From: Coriobacteriaceae bacterium
GTDB lineage: Bacteria; Actinomycetota; Coriobacteriia; Coriobacteriales; QAMH01
Direction: 5' to 3'
Assembly (NCBI GenBank): GCA_021203765.1
Contig: JAJQAN010000019.1
Coordinates: forward strand, 42,822-106,821
DNA: 64,000 nucleotides
In this document: piece after piece, positions 60,728-64,000 of the stretch
How the letters are laid out: every line of letters begins with the position of its first letter
Position numbering within the stretch: the first letter of the stretch is position 1
Program-made: the position numbers and the translations under genes
Notes under the pieces: model-generated
Seen by the model: only the letters and a program-made list of their open reading frames with translations
What the model was told of the DNA's origin: nothing
Databases searched by the model: none

Positions 60728-62554
60728 ATGTGCGGAATCGTCGGATACGTCGGCATCACACCGGCCAAAGATATATTGATGGAAGGTCTCGCCAAGCTTG
60801 AGTACCGTGGCTACGACTCGGCCGGCATCGCGCTGACCGACGGCACCGACGATCTGCAGGTTGTGCATCGAGTCGGCAAGGTCGCCGAACTCGCCTCCGT
60901 CGTCGACTCCATGGATCTGCCCTCGTGCTGTGGTATCGCACATACCCGTTGGGCGACTCATGGCCGTCCCAGCGAGGAAAACGCCCATCCCCATCGTGAC
61001 TGCAACGGCAGGATAGCCGTCGTCCACAACGGCATCATCGAAAACTATGCCGACCTGCGTGAAGAGTTGAAGTCCCAAGGGCACGTCTTTGCAAGCGAGA
61101 CCGACACCGAGACGGTCGCCCACCTGCTCGAACAGTATTACGAAGGCGATCTGGCCGAAGCCATGTTCAAGGCCGTCGACCGCCTGCAAGGCGCCTACGG
61201 CCTGGCTGCCATCTGCGCCGACCAGCCCGATCAGATCGTGGTCGCCCGCAAGGACAGCCCCATCGTCGTCGGCACGGACGGCTCGGCTTCCATGGTCGCA
61301 AGCGACATGGTCGCCGTCATGAACTTCACCCGCGATGTCGTCTTTTTGGAGGACGGCCAGATCGCCGTCCTGAGCTCGGATGGCATCCGCTACTACGACG
61401 CGCCGGGACATGAGGTCCACCCGGAGACGACCCACATCGACTGGGACGAGCAGGCGGCCGAACGTGCCGGCTATCCCGACTTCATGCTCAAGGAGATCCA
61501 CGAACAGCCCCGTGTCGTACGCGACACGCTGGCGGGCCATCTGCGTGACGGACGGATCGTCTTGGAGGACCTCACCCTCACGTCGGAGGAGTTGGCCGCG
61601 ATCGATCGGGTCTGTATCATCGCCTGTGGCACGAGCTACCACGCCGGTCTCGTCGCCCGCGAGCTCATCGAAAAGTGGGCCCGCATCCCCACCTCCGTGG
61701 AGGTCGCCAGCGAGTTCCGCTACCGCGATCCCATCATCACCTCCACGACCCTCGTCATCGCCGTGTCCCAGTCGGGGGAGACCGCCGACACCCTGGCCGC
61801 CGTCCGCCTCGCACGCGAGGCCGGTGCCAAGGTCTTCGCCGTCACCAACTGCATGGGCAGCCGTATCACACGCGAATCCGACGGCACCCTCTACGTCAAG
61901 GCGAACATGGAAATCTCGGTGGCGGCTACCAAGTCGTTTCTGGCCCAGATCGTCTGCCTGACGCTCATCGCGCTTTTCTTGGCCCAGGAGCGGGGGCGCC
62001 TGAGCGAGGAAGAGATCGACGGGCTCTACCACGAGCTCTGCAAGACCTCGCCCCAGATCGAAAAAATCCTGGCGGACACTTCGGCGATCGAGGAGGCCGC
62101 AACGGTCCTCGAGCATGCCCACTCGGCCATGTACGTCGGTCGCGGCATCGGCGCGACCGTCTGCAACGAAGGGGCGCTCAAGCTCAAGGAGATCTCATAT
62201 CTGCATGCCGAGGCGTACGCCGCCGGCGAACTCAAGCACGGTCCCATCGCACTTATCGACGAGGACGTCCCGGTCGTCGCCGTCGTCACCCAGTCGCCCA
62301 CACGCGAAAAGACCATCAGCAACATCGAGGAGGTCCTGGCCCGCGGTGCCCATGTCATCGCGGTGGCCACCGAAGGCGACACCGAGATCACCAAGATCGC
62401 CGAACACGTCATCTACATCCCGCCCATCGACGATAGTTTCTCCGCTATCACCGCTTCGGTGCCGCTGCAGTTGCTTGCCCGCTTCGTCGCCAAGGCCCGC
62501 GGCTGCGATGTCGACCAACCCCGCAACCTCGCCAAGTCTGTGACGGTGGAGTGA
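60728..62554 (+). CDS. glmS: Glutamine--fructose-6-phosphate aminotransferase
   Basis: AAGGAGG upstream. MCGIVGYVG N-terminal nucleophile, two SIS domains (ACGTSYHAG; VSQSGETADT), C-terminal KSVTVE. Confidence 0.95.
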   Translation: MCGIVGYVGITPAKDILMEGLAKLEYRGYDSAGIALTDGTDDLQVVHRVGKVAELASVVDSMDLPSCCGIAHTRWATHGRPSEENAHPHRDCNGRIAVVHNGIIENYADLREELKSQGHVFASETDTETVAHLLEQYYEGDLAEAMFKAVDRLQGAYGLAAICADQPDQIVVARKDSPIVVGTDGSASMVASDMVAVMNFTRDVVFLEDGQIAVLSSDGIRYYDAPGHEVHPETTHIDWDEQAAERAGYPDFMLKEIHEQPRVVRDTLAGHLRDGRIVLEDLTLTSEELAAIDRVCIIACGTSYHAGLVARELIEKWARIPTSVEVASEFRYRDPIITSTTLVIAVSQSGETADTLAAVRLAREAGAKVFAVTNCMGSRITRESDGTLYVKANMEISVAATKSFLAQIVCLTLIALFLAQERGRLSEEEIDGLYHELCKTSPQIEKILADTSAIEEAATVLEHAHSAMYVGRGIGATVCNEGALKLKEISYLHAEAYAAGELKHGPIALIDEDVPVVAVVTQSPTREKTISNIEEVLARGAHVIAVATEGDTEITKIAEHVIYIPPIDDSFSAITASVPLQLLARFVAKARGCDVDQPRNLAKSVTVE

Positions 62555-62556
62555 AG

Positions 62557-63123
62557 ATGCCCGGTCGGGAAGTTCAAGCAAACGTCGCCGGTCTGGGCGT
62601 CGACATCGTCGAGGTCGAGCGCATGCGCCGCATCCTCGAGCGTTCGCCCCGCTTCAAGACGCGGGTGTTCTCGGATGCCGAACGGGACTACTGCGAGTCC
62701 AAGGTCAACCCCGCGACGCACTATGCGCTGCGCTTTGCCGCCAAGGAAGCCGTCCTCAAGGCGCTCGGCTGCGGCTTCGGCGCCGGCATCGGCTTCACCG
62801 ATGTCGAGGTCGAAAACGACGAGCAGGGCCGCCCGCATCCGCTCCTTTCCGGTCGCGTTGCCCAGATCGCCGAAGAGCAGGATGTGACCGAGATCCACCT
62901 TTCACTTTCCTACACGCACGAGACGGCGGTCGCCAATGCCTTGGCGGCGACCGAAGCGACCGAGGTCGAACCGCCCGAAGAAAAGCGCGACCAGAAGCAG
63001 GAGCTGGCCGATGCCTTCAAGGAGCTGCGCGGCATGCTCGACGACCTCGAGGAACGCTCGCAACACCTGGAAGCGCAGGCAGAAGAGCCGGCGACCGACA
63101 CGGAATCCCAAGGCGAAGACTGA
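62557..63123 (+). CDS. acpS: Holo-[acyl-carrier-protein] synthase with a ~60-aa acidic helical C-terminal extension
   Basis: ATG 62557 lies 5 nt after GGTGGAG; the alternative GTG 62551 overlaps the glmS stop. GLGVDIVEVERM, FAAKEAVLKALG, HLSLSYTHETAVA. Confidence 0.85.
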   Translation: MPGREVQANVAGLGVDIVEVERMRRILERSPRFKTRVFSDAERDYCESKVNPATHYALRFAAKEAVLKALGCGFGAGIGFTDVEVENDEQGRPHPLLSGRVAQIAEEQDVTEIHLSLSYTHETAVANALAATEATEVEPPEEKRDQKQELADAFKELRGMLDDLEERSQHLEAQAEEPATDTESQGED

Positions 63124-63995
63124 TGGATAGCACACGGGCCGTCGAACGCAGCGAGCAGGACTACGCCGCCCTCGTACCGCACCCGCGGCCCGACACCAAC
63201 AAATATGACCGGGGCGTCTGCCTTATCATCGCCGGCAGCGCTTCCTATCCGGGAGCCGCCGCCCTGTGTAGCGCGGCAAGCCGCTGCGGGGCCGGCTACG
63301 TCCGGCTGTGCACCCCGGCAAGCGCAGCGGAGGCGGCACGTGCACACCTCGCCTCGGTTCCCGTCACGGCATGCGCCGAGGAAGCAGGCACCTTCTGCCT
63401 CGAATCTCTCGCGGACATCGAGCCGTATCTCTCCCGCGCTGATGCGATCGTCTGCGGTCCGGGCTGGACGGATACGCCGGCGGTGGAGGCGTTTTGCGCG
63501 GAATTGATCGGGTGCATCGAGGCACCGGTTCTCTTAGACGCCGACGCTCTCAACGTCACCGCAGCAGACCCCGATCTGCTCAGGTCCTGTCCTTCACAGG
63601 TACGGGTTCTGACCCCGCATGCGAAGGAGGCGGAGCGCCTGCTCGGCCGTCCGCTTGACGATTCAGTTGCGGATGGAGAGGAGCTTGCTCGCACGTTCGC
63701 CGCTACGGTTATCATGAAGGGCGCGGACAGCTATATCATAGACTCCGCACAGGCTCCCATCGGTTTCTTCGACGGGACCGCCGCCTTGGCAAAGGCCGGC
63801 ACCGGCGACGTCTTGGCCGGCATGGTCGGCGCGTTGCTTTCCCAGGGGCTGTCCGCCGTCGATGCGGCTTCGCTCGGCGTGTTTCTGCACGCCCGTGCCG
63901 CTTCGCTTGCGGCCGAACGGCTTTCCGACGTATCCGTCATGCCGGAAGATGTGATCGAGAGCGTCGGTCCGGCGATCCTTGGCTTGAAGGGGTGA
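63123..63995 (+). CDS. nnrD: ADP-dependent NAD(P)H-hydrate dehydratase (YjeF C-terminal / carbohydrate kinase-like)
   Basis: ATGA overlap with acpS. KYDRGVCLIIAGSASYPGAAALC, LTPHAKEAERL, GTGDVLAGMVGALLSQG. Confidence 0.85.
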   Translation: MDSTRAVERSEQDYAALVPHPRPDTNKYDRGVCLIIAGSASYPGAAALCSAASRCGAGYVRLCTPASAAEAARAHLASVPVTACAEEAGTFCLESLADIEPYLSRADAIVCGPGWTDTPAVEAFCAELIGCIEAPVLLDADALNVTAADPDLLRSCPSQVRVLTPHAKEAERLLGRPLDDSVADGEELARTFAATVIMKGADSYIIDSAQAPIGFFDGTAALAKAGTGDVLAGMVGALLSQGLSAVDAASLGVFLHARAASLAAERLSDVSVMPEDVIESVGPAILGLKG

Positions 63996-64000
63996 GGTAT

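Noticed and set aside
1-64000. CRISPR arrays, IS elements, integrases, prophage or recognisable defence/toxin-antitoxin modules
   Set aside because: Reading both strands, I found no direct-repeat/spacer arrays, no transposase, recombinase or phage-like ORFs, and no terminal inverted repeats. The window appears to be core chromosome.

Overview
This is a 64 kb, high-G+C, densely coding chromosomal segment. About 60 protein genes on both strands carry a strong third-codon-position G/C bias. Many long antisense or alternate-frame ORFs in the track are artefacts of that bias. Gene content points to an anaerobic member of the Actinomycetota, probably Coriobacteriia-like; this is inference, not a search result. 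The evidence is the hallmark fhaA-fhaB-pstP-rodA/pbpA-pknB cluster together with three 2-oxoacid:ferredoxin oxidoreductase systems, FeoAB and a Firmicute-like mreBCD...rplU-rpmA arrangement.

Supported content:
- Five tRNA genes: Ser-GGA, Ile-GAU, Ala-UGC, Arg-ACG and Ser-GCU.
- Metabolism: Fe-ADH plus ALDH, purF-purM-purN, thrC, iorAB, a four-subunit porCDAB-type oxidoreductase, and glmS-acpS-nnrD.
- Regulation and signalling: a MarR regulator and a LytS/LytTR two-component pair.
- Iron and transport: ferrochelatase, feoAB, a QueT-type transporter and an MscS-type channel.
- Translation and RNA: RNase R, rpsF-ssb-rpsR-rplI, and rplU-rpmA preceded by a radical-SAM pair.
- Cell envelope: an M23 peptidase, the FHA/PP2C/kinase cluster, and mreBCD-mrdA-rodA.
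- Others: ppiB, ndk.

I found no rRNA, CRISPR array, transposase, integrase, phage gene or recognisable defence system. I cannot point to a clear-cut novel multi-gene system, because the window is mostly core housekeeping.

The items most worth a second look:
1. A single ORF fusing a SEDS polymerase to a class B PBP inside the FHA/kinase cluster.
2. A second Ser/Thr kinase with a polytopic membrane domain upstream of fhaA.
3. Two tandem hairpins with identical 13-nt loops and compensatory stems upstream of tRNA-Ser.
4. Repeated DNA motifs that look like operators: TTATC-N9-GATAA three times at the MarR gene, AGTTAGC-N5-YTRAC three times at feoA/feoB, and three 11-bp tandem repeats before the M23 peptidase.
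5. Unusual extensions on L21, L9, FeoB and AcpS.
6. Several uncharacterised genes, including a lower-G+C divergent pair at 42.9-44.2 kb and a hypothetical gene translationally coupled between rodA and a radical SAM gene.

Start codons were chosen by eye from SD-like sequences, codon bias and remembered family N-termini. All family assignments come from motif recognition, not database searches.
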